Shown here: positions 24,825 through 34,099 of the stretch, piece after piece
Numbering within the stretch: the first letter of the stretch is position 1
Layout of the letters: every line of letters begins with the position of its first letter
Virus record (IMG/VR): IMGVR_UViG_3300020044_007128
Location: 1 to 34,099 of that record
Direction: 5' to 3' (one strand)
DNA length: 34,099 bases
DNA from: a virus
Lineage: Duplodnaviria; Caudoviricetes
Notes under the pieces: model-generated
Seen by the model: the letters and a program-made list of their open reading frames with translations, nothing else
Database searches by the model: none
Told to the model about the DNA's origin: nothing
Program-made: the position numbers and the translations under genes

Positions 24825-25276
24825 ATATCAGCCCTCTCTATTGCGTAGTTTTCAACGTCAACTTTTTGACCATTCTTAATCATTGCGTTTCCGTATCCGG
24901 TAAATTTAAGACCGCACCTTATTGCCAATCTTTTCGCAAGAGGATTATCTATTGGTGCATAACTGGTAATTCTGTCTACATCGGTCTCTTTAAAGACTTT
25001 TTGCAATACAAGATCGCCGAAGTCTTTCGCCTTACCCTTTGCAATCGGCAGCATACAAGTGTGAATTTCTGCCTCTTTATCCCTGAATACGAATAGAAAT
25101 CCACCCATAATCTGCTCGTCATAATAACATAAAACAAAGCGAATTGAATCTGTCAAAGTTACCTTAAAGTCTTCTTTAGGTGGACACGTATCATCGGATA
25201 TAAAAGCATAAATTGACCTCATTATTTCAGTGGCTAACAGGCTGTCATCAGTCCAATCTAGCCTATAGCCACCCAT
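24809..25276 (-). CDS. GNAT-like virion-module protein (P22 gp14/DUF2824-like)
   Basis: AEIHTCMLP..KG...N.LAKRLAIRCGLK..G; position before gp7. Confidence 0.75.
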   Translation of the reverse strand: MGGYRLDWTDDSLLATEIMRSIYAFISDDTCPPKEDFKVTLTDSIRFVLCYYDEQIMGGFLFVFRDKEAEIHTCMLPIAKGKAKDFGDLVLQKVFKETDVDRITSYAPIDNPLAKRLAIRCGLKFTGYGNAMIKNGQKVDVENYAIERADICQQQ

Positions 25277-25506
25277 GCTGTGCTCCCGTCAGTGTTGACA
25301 TAGACTAAAGTTCCAGCTGATCCCGTATTGTTAAAGTAAAGTTGTTTTTTATTTGCAGTAACAACCCCGTCAGGATCGCCATCACCCTCTAACATATCAA
25401 GCCTGTTTAAAAGCTCGGTAACTTGGTCTATCCATGCGCGCATAGTCTGCTCTGTTCTACCGTCAGCATTAACAACAACATCCGATCTGTGAGGAGGTGT
25501 GATCAT
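25258..25506 (-). CDS. Small tail protein (gp26 position)
   Basis: GDGDPDGVVTA...LY motif; follows gp10. Confidence 0.65.
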   Translation of the reverse strand: MITPPHRSDVVVNADGRTEQTMRAWIDQVTELLNRLDMLEGDGDPDGVVTANKKQLYFNNTGSAGTLVYVNTDGSTAWVAIG

Positions 25507-26942
25507 ATTGCATTCACCATTAGCCGGTTGAATGACGCAGGATTTTTGCCTGTGTATGTAATTTCTAACATTCTGGTATTGGTGAATGATCCCATTCTAT
25601 CAAAAATAACCCTTCGCCCATACTCACCAACAGCTCCAAGCCCACGGGTCAGCGGCTCGCTCCATGTGAAGCCCCCATCATCAGAGAACCTCATGGCGAC
25701 CACATCGCCTTCCTCGTAACCAACATCGAAATAAACCTCAATCGCATAGACACGCATCACAGAGCCTTCATTAGTGAATGGCTGTGTGACTATCTTGCGG
25801 TGAATGTTTATTTCATATTCAGTGAATGCTTGGTCTGAAATCTCACCAAGAATGCCTTGATCGGAATCAAGAACAAAAACACGGTTGTAAGCCTGTTGAA
25901 TGGCAGTAACCCGCCAAGGCGCATCTATGTAATTTGCACCATCTGGAATACGTGAGCGTCTTTCATGCCATCTGCTTGCGGTTAGGTCGTAAACAAAACA
26001 ATAATTGCCAATCTTCAGGCATGAAAACTCAGCCCCGTTTTGAGAGTGGCGCATTAAATATGAATTTTCCACTGATTGAACGTCTTCATTCTGAACAATG
26101 AAGTCCAGAGGCTCAGTGCTTATTTTGTTTGGAACACCGTTAAACAGCCAGACAGACCTTTCAGCATTCTCACCGGATCCGACAAAGATAAATGAATCTC
26201 TGAAATTAGTCTTGGCGCCAACAGATGCAAGACCTGAATCAATCACCGCCCCGATAATAGGGCGGAATGCAAACTCTAATTGGGCCTGATCAGAAAATGG
26301 AACCGTTACAGTCTCACCAAAACAGTAAAGAGTATTTCGGTAAACAATAAGGCCGACATTTTTAGGATATTGAACGACTGTGTATTTATTTAAAGCGTCA
26401 TACACCAAGCCCTGATTTAGATCAGAGTGGAAAACGATATTAGTTCCGGTCTGAGCAAATACAAAGCGGGAGTTAATTTGAACTACATCGCGAACGGGGC
26501 TTAAAAAATTGGTTACGCCATACAAATCAGTGATTGCTCCGCCCACAGCATAGTGATATGCATATTCATCAGGAACAACTATAGCTAGTTGATCTTTAGT
26601 AGCTGTCATCTGACAGCGCTTATTGCCAAGAATGGTTCCGATTTCAACTGACGAAAAAGAATCACCCGAAGGGGTTGCAGTTCTGTCGATTCGATAAAGT
26701 TTCTCGCCAGCAACAACGTATAAAACACCACTAACCAAGTGCGCGCCGCGACCGATTCCATCAAGTGAATTTAATACCTCAATAAGGCCAGGACAGGCAT
26801 AAAGTGAAGTCTCGCTTAATCCAGCAGATTCCAGATCATTTGGATACCAGTTAACACACTGTTGAGACGACAAAGGTTTTGATCTGGATTTATAGAATCC
26901 ATTTGTAAACGGTAAAGGGCGACGACCTAATTTGTTAGCCAT
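25503..26942 (-). CDS. Packaged-DNA stabilization / tail hub protein (P22 gp10-like)
   Basis: 479 aa; QCVNWYP, FVYDLTASRWHER, FSDDGGFTWS, GEYGRRV motifs. Confidence 0.9.
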   Translation of the reverse strand: MANKLGRRPLPFTNGFYKSRSKPLSSQQCVNWYPNDLESAGLSETSLYACPGLIEVLNSLDGIGRGAHLVSGVLYVVAGEKLYRIDRTATPSGDSFSSVEIGTILGNKRCQMTATKDQLAIVVPDEYAYHYAVGGAITDLYGVTNFLSPVRDVVQINSRFVFAQTGTNIVFHSDLNQGLVYDALNKYTVVQYPKNVGLIVYRNTLYCFGETVTVPFSDQAQLEFAFRPIIGAVIDSGLASVGAKTNFRDSFIFVGSGENAERSVWLFNGVPNKISTEPLDFIVQNEDVQSVENSYLMRHSQNGAEFSCLKIGNYCFVYDLTASRWHERRSRIPDGANYIDAPWRVTAIQQAYNRVFVLDSDQGILGEISDQAFTEYEINIHRKIVTQPFTNEGSVMRVYAIEVYFDVGYEEGDVVAMRFSDDGGFTWSEPLTRGLGAVGEYGRRVIFDRMGSFTNTRMLEITYTGKNPASFNRLMVNAI

Positions 26943-27180
26943 TATAGAAAACTCAACCCAAATTTAACTTTTTCCCATTTAGCAGGCTCTTTACCATAGG
27001 CTCTGTTTCTTACATATTCTGGATCAGGCTGGAACGGTAACAGCCAATTTACCGGAGCAGGCAAGTTTTTATCCCTCCAATCAGAGTAACCTTGCATTTT
27101 ATCAGCAACATCAAGAAGCATGGGCGCAACCGGTGCGCGCACTTGATCTTTGTTGATCCGAGAGCCTTGCCTTTTGACAT
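26942..27180 (-). pseudogene. Probable remnant of a larger gene between gp4 and gp10
   Basis: Well-placed ATG 27180 is out of frame with the protein-like 27142-26942 ORF. Confidence 0.4.
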
Positions 27181-27181
27181 A

Positions 27182-27645
27182 TTAGCTACCCTCTAATTCT
27201 GTGTAACCGCCATCCTCTGTTAGCTCCAAGTCATCATCGGCACATGGATAAAATACAGATCCACATCCAAGATCCTGATTGCCAGATCCCATAGGCAAAT
27301 AGCTTGGTGGTGCTTGTGACACATCCAAAGTGATGTGTTTTAACATGTTTGTATAAGCCACGTCAGCAGCCAATTTAATATCCATCAATCCCTCAAAGCT
27401 GCCAAACTGCGGAGCAAGCCTAGCCGCCAAAGCAGCAACAGCCCACTCCTCAGCATAAGGTGGAATAGTTACCTCATCCGAGACTGAATCAATAACGCTA
27501 TACCCAAGACCAAGGTAATCATACGACTGCATAAATCGATTGCCGTATCTGATTGCTGTTTGAGTCATTGCGGCTGTGATAGGCTGCTCTGATGCCAGAA
27601 CACCAAGCTCTTGATATGCGTCTCTGATCCACTCTTCAGCTTTCA

Positions 27646-27646
<1 letters not shown>
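27182..27646 (-). CDS. Head-to-tail adaptor (P22 gp4-like)
   Basis: IRDAYQELGV...LAARLAPQFG...LPMGSGN motifs. Confidence 0.85.
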
Positions 27647-27906
<260 letters not shown>

Positions 27907-27915
27907 ACATACCTC

Positions 27916-27940
27916 AAATAGAAAGGGGGATTTCTCCCCC
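27916..27940 (-). terminator. Intrinsic terminator after the coat gene
   Basis: GGGGGA-GAAA-TCCCCC followed by TTTCTATTT. Confidence 0.8.
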
Positions 27941-27945
27941 GATCA

Positions 27946-29220
27946 TTATACACCGTGACCGCGACCGGCCATATGTGGATTTACTACACCGAATGCTGCC
28001 AACAAGTCAAAACGAACTTTGTTGGTGTTTGCATCGCCGTTAGCATACTTACTTACGCGGATAGAGAAACCATCTTTAGTGGTAATGTAAGCATCGGTTG
28101 AATGCAAACGTGGAAGCGGGATAGTAGCCATGGTGAACGCGTCTTTATGGAAGAACAAGTTTGGCTTGTACACAGTATCAGCAGCGCCCAACAAGGTAAT
28201 TACATCGCCTGCAGTGATGGAGCTGTCGATATTGTTGTACTTGTTGTAACTTGCTTCGTAAATCGCATTACCACTGATAGTGATAGTTGCAACACCTGAA
28301 CCGGCGGTATCAGTAGTAGCTTGGACAACACCAGTGAACTTAACTGAGTTACCAGAAGCATCAACAATCAGCTGGCCGGTATGTGGGTTAACACGGTTAC
28401 GACCAGTGATTTGAACAACGTCACCAACACGGAAAGCAGCTGTCAAAGAAGCAGAGAACGCAGTAACCGAAATGGTCTGAGTAGTTGCATCTTTGTTGCC
28501 GTCCCAAGTTTGGGTCACAGTGCCAGTGATAGTACCAGCGCGGTCAGTAGCAGCACCAGACTGGAATGACTTCAAGCAGTTAGACGATAAAGCTGTCAGA
28601 CCACCGAAGTTCTTAGACACAAGTGAATTTCTCCATGCATCGTTAACCAGTGAATCATCACCATTGCTCAAACCTTTCTGTGCGTCAGCCAAGGCTTGCT
28701 GAGTGCCTGGAGTCATCACGTAGTAACATTCAGTAGCAGGTGCGCCGATATCAGTTAACAGCGTGTTAGCAGCGGCAACATCAGACCACTTGGTTACAGC
28801 GGTACCCGGAGTACCTACCAACAGACCGCCACCCAATAACATGCGATTAGCAATATCCAATTCCAACTCTGTGATGATTCGAGTAGCCAGAGGCTTCATG
28901 ATTTCATCCATAGAGTCCATTTTTAACGCTTCGTCGATAATGTCCCACTCTGCGAAAGTGGTGAACATATCCATGACTGTTACAGGCACTTGACCGGTTT
29001 TGATATCATCAGTTAAACCAGTGATGTTACCGCCTGATGTGCGAGTGATCTTACTTTCGTAAGGCTTGCGAACATAAATAGTAGAACCGGTGAAAGGAGA
29101 GAATTTACCTTCGGCAATCGTTGAATTGATTGTCTTGGTCAATACTCGTTGTGATTGAAAAGCCTTGCCAAAACTGGTGGCAATGCGCTTCTCTACGTTA
29201 CTTGCAAAATTGTTAGCCAT
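27946..29220 (-). CDS. Major capsid protein, P22 coat family
   Basis: 424 aa; MANNF.SN start, YKPNLFFHKDAF, LPRLHSTD, GFSIRVSKY.NGD.N.NKVRFDLL. Confidence 0.92.
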   Translation of the reverse strand: MANNFASNVEKRIATSFGKAFQSQRVLTKTINSTIAEGKFSPFTGSTIYVRKPYESKITRTSGGNITGLTDDIKTGQVPVTVMDMFTTFAEWDIIDEALKMDSMDEIMKPLATRIITELELDIANRMLLGGGLLVGTPGTAVTKWSDVAAANTLLTDIGAPATECYYVMTPGTQQALADAQKGLSNGDDSLVNDAWRNSLVSKNFGGLTALSSNCLKSFQSGAATDRAGTITGTVTQTWDGNKDATTQTISVTAFSASLTAAFRVGDVVQITGRNRVNPHTGQLIVDASGNSVKFTGVVQATTDTAGSGVATITISGNAIYEASYNKYNNIDSSITAGDVITLLGAADTVYKPNLFFHKDAFTMATIPLPRLHSTDAYITTKDGFSIRVSKYANGDANTNKVRFDLLAAFGVVNPHMAGRGHGV

Positions 29221-29230
29221 GATCTAACTC

Positions 29231-30037
29231 CTATTCAACTATGAACCCGTGCTTATCGCTTACGGATTTGCCAACACCCCTTGAGCCTGATACTTGTTTT
29301 GGCGGAGGCGGTGCAGATTGTTTTTTAACCGGAGCAATTCTTGGGCGCACATATCGCTCAATGTATGACGCCTGCTGAACTGGCGTCATTTGAGAAAGCT
29401 TATAAAGCTCCTCAAAATTCGTTCCAATCTCAGCAACTAATGCAGGGCCTTGTGGGTCAGCGAGGAAGAAATCCTCAAGAGCTTGCCCAACACCTGCTTC
29501 ATACAAATTTGTCGACGCTTCATGCAAAAGCTTCTTGTCTATTCCAAGCTCATCCACTTTTTGCAGATAAGTTTGCTGTGACTGTTGCTTTTGCTGAATA
29601 TGTACGCTCTTTAATTGCTCCTCCTGTGCTTGTTTTTGCGATTCGTATTCGCGCTGCTTTATCAGTGAATCATTGTAGGCTTGGTTCTGACGGTTGAATT
29701 CCGCAGGGTTTTCGATAGCAAGCTCGGCATCCGGCATGCTAACTACTTTTGGCGGCTCAACTTTGTCAACCTTAGCCCTTAACTCTCTAATTTCAGCTTC
29801 AAGCTGTCTAGCTTTTAGTGCCTCTTTAGCTCTCTCCCGTGTAAGCTCGCCCAATCGACTTTCGATAGGCTTACGCTTCTCCTCAGGTAAATCGCTTAAA
29901 TCAACATAGCCGGACTTGGGTTTTTTACGTTCTGAACTCTCCTCAGGTTCGCTTTCTTGCTCTTCGGGTTCACTGGCTTCCAGATCCTCTTCGGGCAATT
30001 CAACTTCTACTGATTCATAGTCGCTATCTTCTTGCAT
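29231..30037 (-). CDS. Scaffolding protein
   Basis: Acidic N-terminus, coiled coil, SAPPPP near the C-terminus; between portal and coat. Confidence 0.8.
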   Translation of the reverse strand: MQEDSDYESVEVELPEEDLEASEPEEQESEPEESSERKKPKSGYVDLSDLPEEKRKPIESRLGELTRERAKEALKARQLEAEIRELRAKVDKVEPPKVVSMPDAELAIENPAEFNRQNQAYNDSLIKQREYESQKQAQEEQLKSVHIQQKQQSQQTYLQKVDELGIDKKLLHEASTNLYEAGVGQALEDFFLADPQGPALVAEIGTNFEELYKLSQMTPVQQASYIERYVRPRIAPVKKQSAPPPPKQVSGSRGVGKSVSDKHGFIVE

Positions 30038-30096
30038 ACGCTAAACCTCATGGGTCACTGTGGATAAATTGTACATCAAAATCATTTAAAATAAAA

Positions 30097-32157
30097 TCAC
30101 TGCATTCCATCCATAGCCTTTGCAGTATCATTAAACGCCCCAACAGCGGCATTATTTGGAGCCTCTACTGCACTGAGCTTCTGGAGTATGTCGGCCATCT
30201 TGTTCAACATATCAACCATCTGGTTTTGTTTCTCATCAATCAATTTTATCTTCTGCATATCCTGCTCAAAGTCCATCTTCTGCTGAGCCTGTTCTGCCTT
30301 TATCATTGCGGTTTGCGCTTCAACAACAACCTTCTGCGTTTGGGCTTGAGCTTTCTCAGCTTCTGCCTGTGCAACTATTTCCATCGGGTCTGGCTTTTTA
30401 GGCTGCTGCGCCATCTGTGCAGCTATTTGCTTCTCTTGTTCAGTCAATTCGTCTTCTGGGATTTCCCCGGCCATGACCATCTTTGCTCGCTCGCGGCTGG
30501 CAACCTTATCCATACCTGGCGCGTCAACCGATTGCAGGAATAGATCACGATTTCTTTCAAGAACACCAGGGATAAAACTTGCCACTCTTTCCATTGCGTC
30601 AGCAGCTTCACGCCTTAAGCTTTCAGTCTTGGGAACTACAGAGCAAACAGCATTATAAACTCCCATTGTCAAATCATTGACGGTAACCATACCTTTGGGG
30701 GTTTGGATCATTCTATCCAATCGGATTTCTTCAGGCTCGCCAGACTCGTTAGTGATTACCTTGCGACCTGAGTAGAGCTTTTGCATTGCTCTGATAGACA
30801 CTTTAGCCAATTGTTCAGCAAATCTAACCAACGTGTCAGCGTATTCAGTGTCAACAACGTCTCCCTTTTTCTGAAGGAGAGAGATTGCATCGCCAGATTG
30901 GTTAGCCATTGACAGCCCATCAGAAGCGCCAGACATACCAGAGGCGTCATCAATAGCCGCCCTTGCCATTTGTACCGCTACAGACATTGCCGGACTTAGC
31001 CCAGAAGTTTCAACAGAGCTTGGAGCATCCAATGGGTTTTCTATTCCATCATGCGCAAACACTGGGTCGTCATTGTCGTTATAAGTCTTAAGCTTGGCTT
31101 GAGCCTCGGGACTAATAACAACTTTCTTTGATACCCAAATCTTAGGCTTGGGCGCCATTGCTGCATCATAGATAACCCGGGACGATAAAGCATTGTGCGC
31201 ACGTTGCGGATCGAGCAAGTCTTGATACTTCCCATAACTGATAGGAGTATTATTCACTATGTCGAAGTTTGGGAGGGCTGGAACTACAGGAAGCAAGTCA
31301 AATACCGTCTCTTCAGCTTCACCAAGCCAGCGCTTGCCATCGTAATATCGAACGTAAACAGCGAAGGTGTCTCGCTCCCTTGATTGAACCTCACCAAGAT
31401 CTAGTCCAGACTTGCTGAGTGCATTGTAATCTTCTTCATTCAGTACAGTGCCATCACTTAACTGATAGATGGTTTTCTTGACAGCCTTTTTATAGAACAG
31501 CCTAGAAATAAGATGGCCTTCGCGCTCATTTGCCCATATATTCCAATCCTCGGAATCACAGTCCAAGGATACAGGCTTAATGTCATCGTCTGCTATATCT
31601 TCGTATTCGTCATCAGAGACAATGTAATCAACAGTAACAGCCTCTGCATCTTCAGCTACATTGGAATACCAATTACCCCAAAACCACACACGGTTGATAG
31701 AGTCAGGAATTTGGCGAATAAATAGCTCCTGATCGAATGAATCATTATCCATCCACTCTTGCTCAATCATTCCGGCATCAAAGCCAGAAATCATAAATCG
31801 ACGCAATGCAGTCTTGTAGATATCTGGTGCTTTTGATCTATCTTGTACAGCTCGGTAAAGCCCTTTGTACTTCATGGCTATTTCTTTACTTGATCCTTTG
31901 CCGGTTGGCTTTATGTCAACCAATACTTCCTGAGAGGCAATCTCACCATAGGCTTTTAAGACTTTCTTCTTGGATACATCGAAGTTATATTTCGGGCGTT
32001 TAGTTGACCACTTCACATAATAGGGATCATCCCAAATGCCACCAGGGATATTGAACGCATTAATACATTCTCTAGCCTTGTCCCTTTGATTCTTTTCGAT
32101 TTCAAAGTGGGCTTCTCGGCATTTAATAACTTCTGCGTGATCTTCGTAGTTTTTCAT
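30097..32157 (-). CDS. Portal protein, P22-like
   Basis: 686 aa; RPKYNFD, DPQRAHN, QSGDAI motifs and C-terminal helical barrel; follows TerL. Confidence 0.9.
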   Translation of the reverse strand: MKNYEDHAEVIKCREAHFEIEKNQRDKARECINAFNIPGGIWDDPYYVKWSTKRPKYNFDVSKKKVLKAYGEIASQEVLVDIKPTGKGSSKEIAMKYKGLYRAVQDRSKAPDIYKTALRRFMISGFDAGMIEQEWMDNDSFDQELFIRQIPDSINRVWFWGNWYSNVAEDAEAVTVDYIVSDDEYEDIADDDIKPVSLDCDSEDWNIWANEREGHLISRLFYKKAVKKTIYQLSDGTVLNEEDYNALSKSGLDLGEVQSRERDTFAVYVRYYDGKRWLGEAEETVFDLLPVVPALPNFDIVNNTPISYGKYQDLLDPQRAHNALSSRVIYDAAMAPKPKIWVSKKVVISPEAQAKLKTYNDNDDPVFAHDGIENPLDAPSSVETSGLSPAMSVAVQMARAAIDDASGMSGASDGLSMANQSGDAISLLQKKGDVVDTEYADTLVRFAEQLAKVSIRAMQKLYSGRKVITNESGEPEEIRLDRMIQTPKGMVTVNDLTMGVYNAVCSVVPKTESLRREAADAMERVASFIPGVLERNRDLFLQSVDAPGMDKVASRERAKMVMAGEIPEDELTEQEKQIAAQMAQQPKKPDPMEIVAQAEAEKAQAQTQKVVVEAQTAMIKAEQAQQKMDFEQDMQKIKLIDEKQNQMVDMLNKMADILQKLSAVEAPNNAAVGAFNDTAKAMDGMQ

Positions 32158-33626
32158 TAGTCAAACTCTATAAATAGACCTTCGGTTTTAACTTCAATTT
32201 CTCTCTGTAACATCATAAGAACGTCTGCACGGTTTGGGCTAACTATCCCCAGCTTCTTCATATCAGGCTTGCTAAGTATCTGCACTCTGCCGCCCGGCTT
32301 TAATGGTATTCTACAGACCTCAGTTTTTAACCCATCAATATCCTTTATTTCAGAACTGATAGATATTAATTCATCTGGATTATACACCTTTGCGCCTTTA
32401 GTTACAGCAAGGTATGTCCTAAACATCTTGTCAGCAAGATAAGTGTAAAACTGAGATCTCCAATTAAGAAACTGCTCTTTATTTTTCTTTTGCTTGTCAA
32501 CGCTTTTAACATCCATATAAATCTCATCCGGCTTGTCTGGAGAAAACGACCCCTTGAACTGCTCTATGGTAATTTTCTTCCCTCTGAATCCCTGATCAAC
32601 CTGATATGAAAGCCCTGCGCCAAGTCCGTCACAATCCCACGTAAAAGTGTCAGGCTTAATACCATTTGTTAAAGTTATGGCCTCAGAAGTTTTAACCGCA
32701 ACATCACCTTTTTTAATTTCTAGTATATTTTTTACAACAGGTCCATGCTGGTATCCCCACGCAGCCGGGTCCTCACCTTGGTCTGATGGGTCATACGCGC
32801 ACCGCTCTTGACCCAACGCTTCAAATCCAAGTTTTATGTGGGCATCAACGCAGGCATCAAACCACTCTGGCTGAATGATTGCATTTTCTATTGTTTCCAA
32901 GTAATCCCCATGCCATTTATGGCGATATTGAGCATCTGTCATACTTACCTTGTCATTAGCTCTTTCCACTTCAAGACCAGAAGCAAGAAACCATGCCCTT
33001 GGCATATCATTGTAGTCCGCATGAACAGCTATCATAAAATCATCTTCATAAAATCCCTTCCTGAATAAATCAGGATCAGCCTTTGCTAAAATATGTTTTG
33101 AAACCGGATCGCCACGTGACCCACGGTTCATTGTTAGCCATATTTCAGGGAATACCATATCCTTAATATCTATGCCTTCCTTCATCATGTAGTCATAATC
33201 TTTAGCGGAATTGCGCACAGAGGCAGTTAATACCCTTAATGTTTTTTCCCCAAGATTCTCTGCCTCCTCACACCACAGCCCCTCAACGCCTGACAACATC
33301 CCTTTGATTGATGTGATATTTCTTGCAAGCCCACGGAAGAAGGCATACCCACCAGACTCATGATCAATAGTTGTTGCTGTAGGCTTGAAGCCAATTAAGC
33401 CAAGCCTCTCGATCTCATCAAGCATGGTTCTATAGACTGATTCCTCTATTGAGTTCTGGAATTCGCGAGCACAACACCAAATCTTTCCTCGCTGCAATCT
33501 AGTTGAAACGTAGTCAGATACAAAAGTTGTTTTAGTTGATGCTCTACCGCCAACAATAAGTTTCAGCCGCTTCTTTTTTGTTATTAGCGGGCCGAATTTG
33601 TCTAGGCATTTAATTTGTACTGTCAT
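32157..33626 (-). CDS. terL: Terminase large subunit (PBSX-type)
   Basis: GGRASTKT Walker A, CAREFQNSIEESV, WCEEAE Walker B, YDPSDQGED and SPNRAD nuclease motifs. Confidence 0.95.
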   Translation of the reverse strand: MTVQIKCLDKFGPLITKKKRLKLIVGGRASTKTTFVSDYVSTRLQRGKIWCCAREFQNSIEESVYRTMLDEIERLGLIGFKPTATTIDHESGGYAFFRGLARNITSIKGMLSGVEGLWCEEAENLGEKTLRVLTASVRNSAKDYDYMMKEGIDIKDMVFPEIWLTMNRGSRGDPVSKHILAKADPDLFRKGFYEDDFMIAVHADYNDMPRAWFLASGLEVERANDKVSMTDAQYRHKWHGDYLETIENAIIQPEWFDACVDAHIKLGFEALGQERCAYDPSDQGEDPAAWGYQHGPVVKNILEIKKGDVAVKTSEAITLTNGIKPDTFTWDCDGLGAGLSYQVDQGFRGKKITIEQFKGSFSPDKPDEIYMDVKSVDKQKKNKEQFLNWRSQFYTYLADKMFRTYLAVTKGAKVYNPDELISISSEIKDIDGLKTEVCRIPLKPGGRVQILSKPDMKKLGIVSPNRADVLMMLQREIEVKTEGLFIEFD

Positions 33627-34083
33627 TTACACCAATGAAAGCAACTTCTTGATATTGAATTGGTCCGCCACCTTTGCCGATGTGCGAAACCTCTTGCTTG
33701 TCTGCGTATCTGGGCAGCATTTTTGACAATAGCCATTTTCTTGAATCGACCCTTAGCCTTGATCTTGCAACCGCCTCTCCGTTAAGCGAGAAGCCAATTG
33801 TATTACCTTCGCTATCGGTTCTTTCCATCCAATCGTTTGAGCCATCGTCAGCAATATCAAGCAATTCATCAGCCCAATAGTGTGCTCTAGCCTCGCAAGC
33901 TTTCGCGTATCTGTCCGAAAACCCTTCGCGATCTTCGGCAACCCAAAGCATTACGGTTGATCTTGCTGGTATGTGATCATCATCACAAATAGATTTGACG
34001 GATTCGCCGCTTGCCATTCTCGAAAGAATCTCTACAGCTAAATCCTCATTGTATGAAGTAGGCCTTCCGCCTTTGTCTGACAC
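33610..34083 (-). CDS. terS: Terminase small subunit (Sf6 gp1-like)
   Basis: GRPTSY..LAVEILSRMASGESV..IC, ADELLDIADD, RSRLRVDSRKWLLSK. Confidence 0.92.
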   Translation of the reverse strand: MSDKGGRPTSYNEDLAVEILSRMASGESVKSICDDDHIPARSTVMLWVAEDREGFSDRYAKACEARAHYWADELLDIADDGSNDWMERTDSEGNTIGFSLNGEAVARSRLRVDSRKWLLSKMLPRYADKQEVSHIGKGGGPIQYQEVAFIGVNDSTN

Positions 34084-34099
34084 TATATTTACCTCGCAT

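Overview
About 34 kb of a dsDNA phage (or prophage) with a P22-like podovirus virion module; the spanin pair points to a Gram-negative host. The right half (14869-34083, minus strand) is the late operon: TerS, TerL, portal, scaffold, P22-type coat, gp4-, gp10- and gp14-like proteins, ejection proteins, two receptor-binding proteins and a lysis cassette (GH19-like endolysin, two holin candidates, Rz/Rz1). The left half holds two divergent early arms split at about 2990-3080. The leftward arm has a Cro-like HTH, a methyltransferase, a ~470 bp non-coding block with a DnaA box, and YbdM/IbrB. The rightward arm has a Sak/Rad52 recombinase, SSB, NinB-like and RecU-like proteins, many small ORFs, an XRE HTH, and a DUF2829/Tad2 anti-defence protein. 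I recognised no integrase, CI repressor or replication protein in the window. The most notable unexplained elements are: (1) an unannotated Pro/Gly/Ser-rich peptide gene coupled to a multi-TM protein directly upstream of the holin, with its own putative promoter; (2) a ~370 nt tandem structured-RNA block closed by a perfect 21-bp stem; (3) a structured non-coding block where lambdoid replication genes usually sit; (4) a degenerate tRNA-like element; (5) repeated RBS cassettes and operator-containing promoters. All family calls come from motif recognition by eye; no searches were run.
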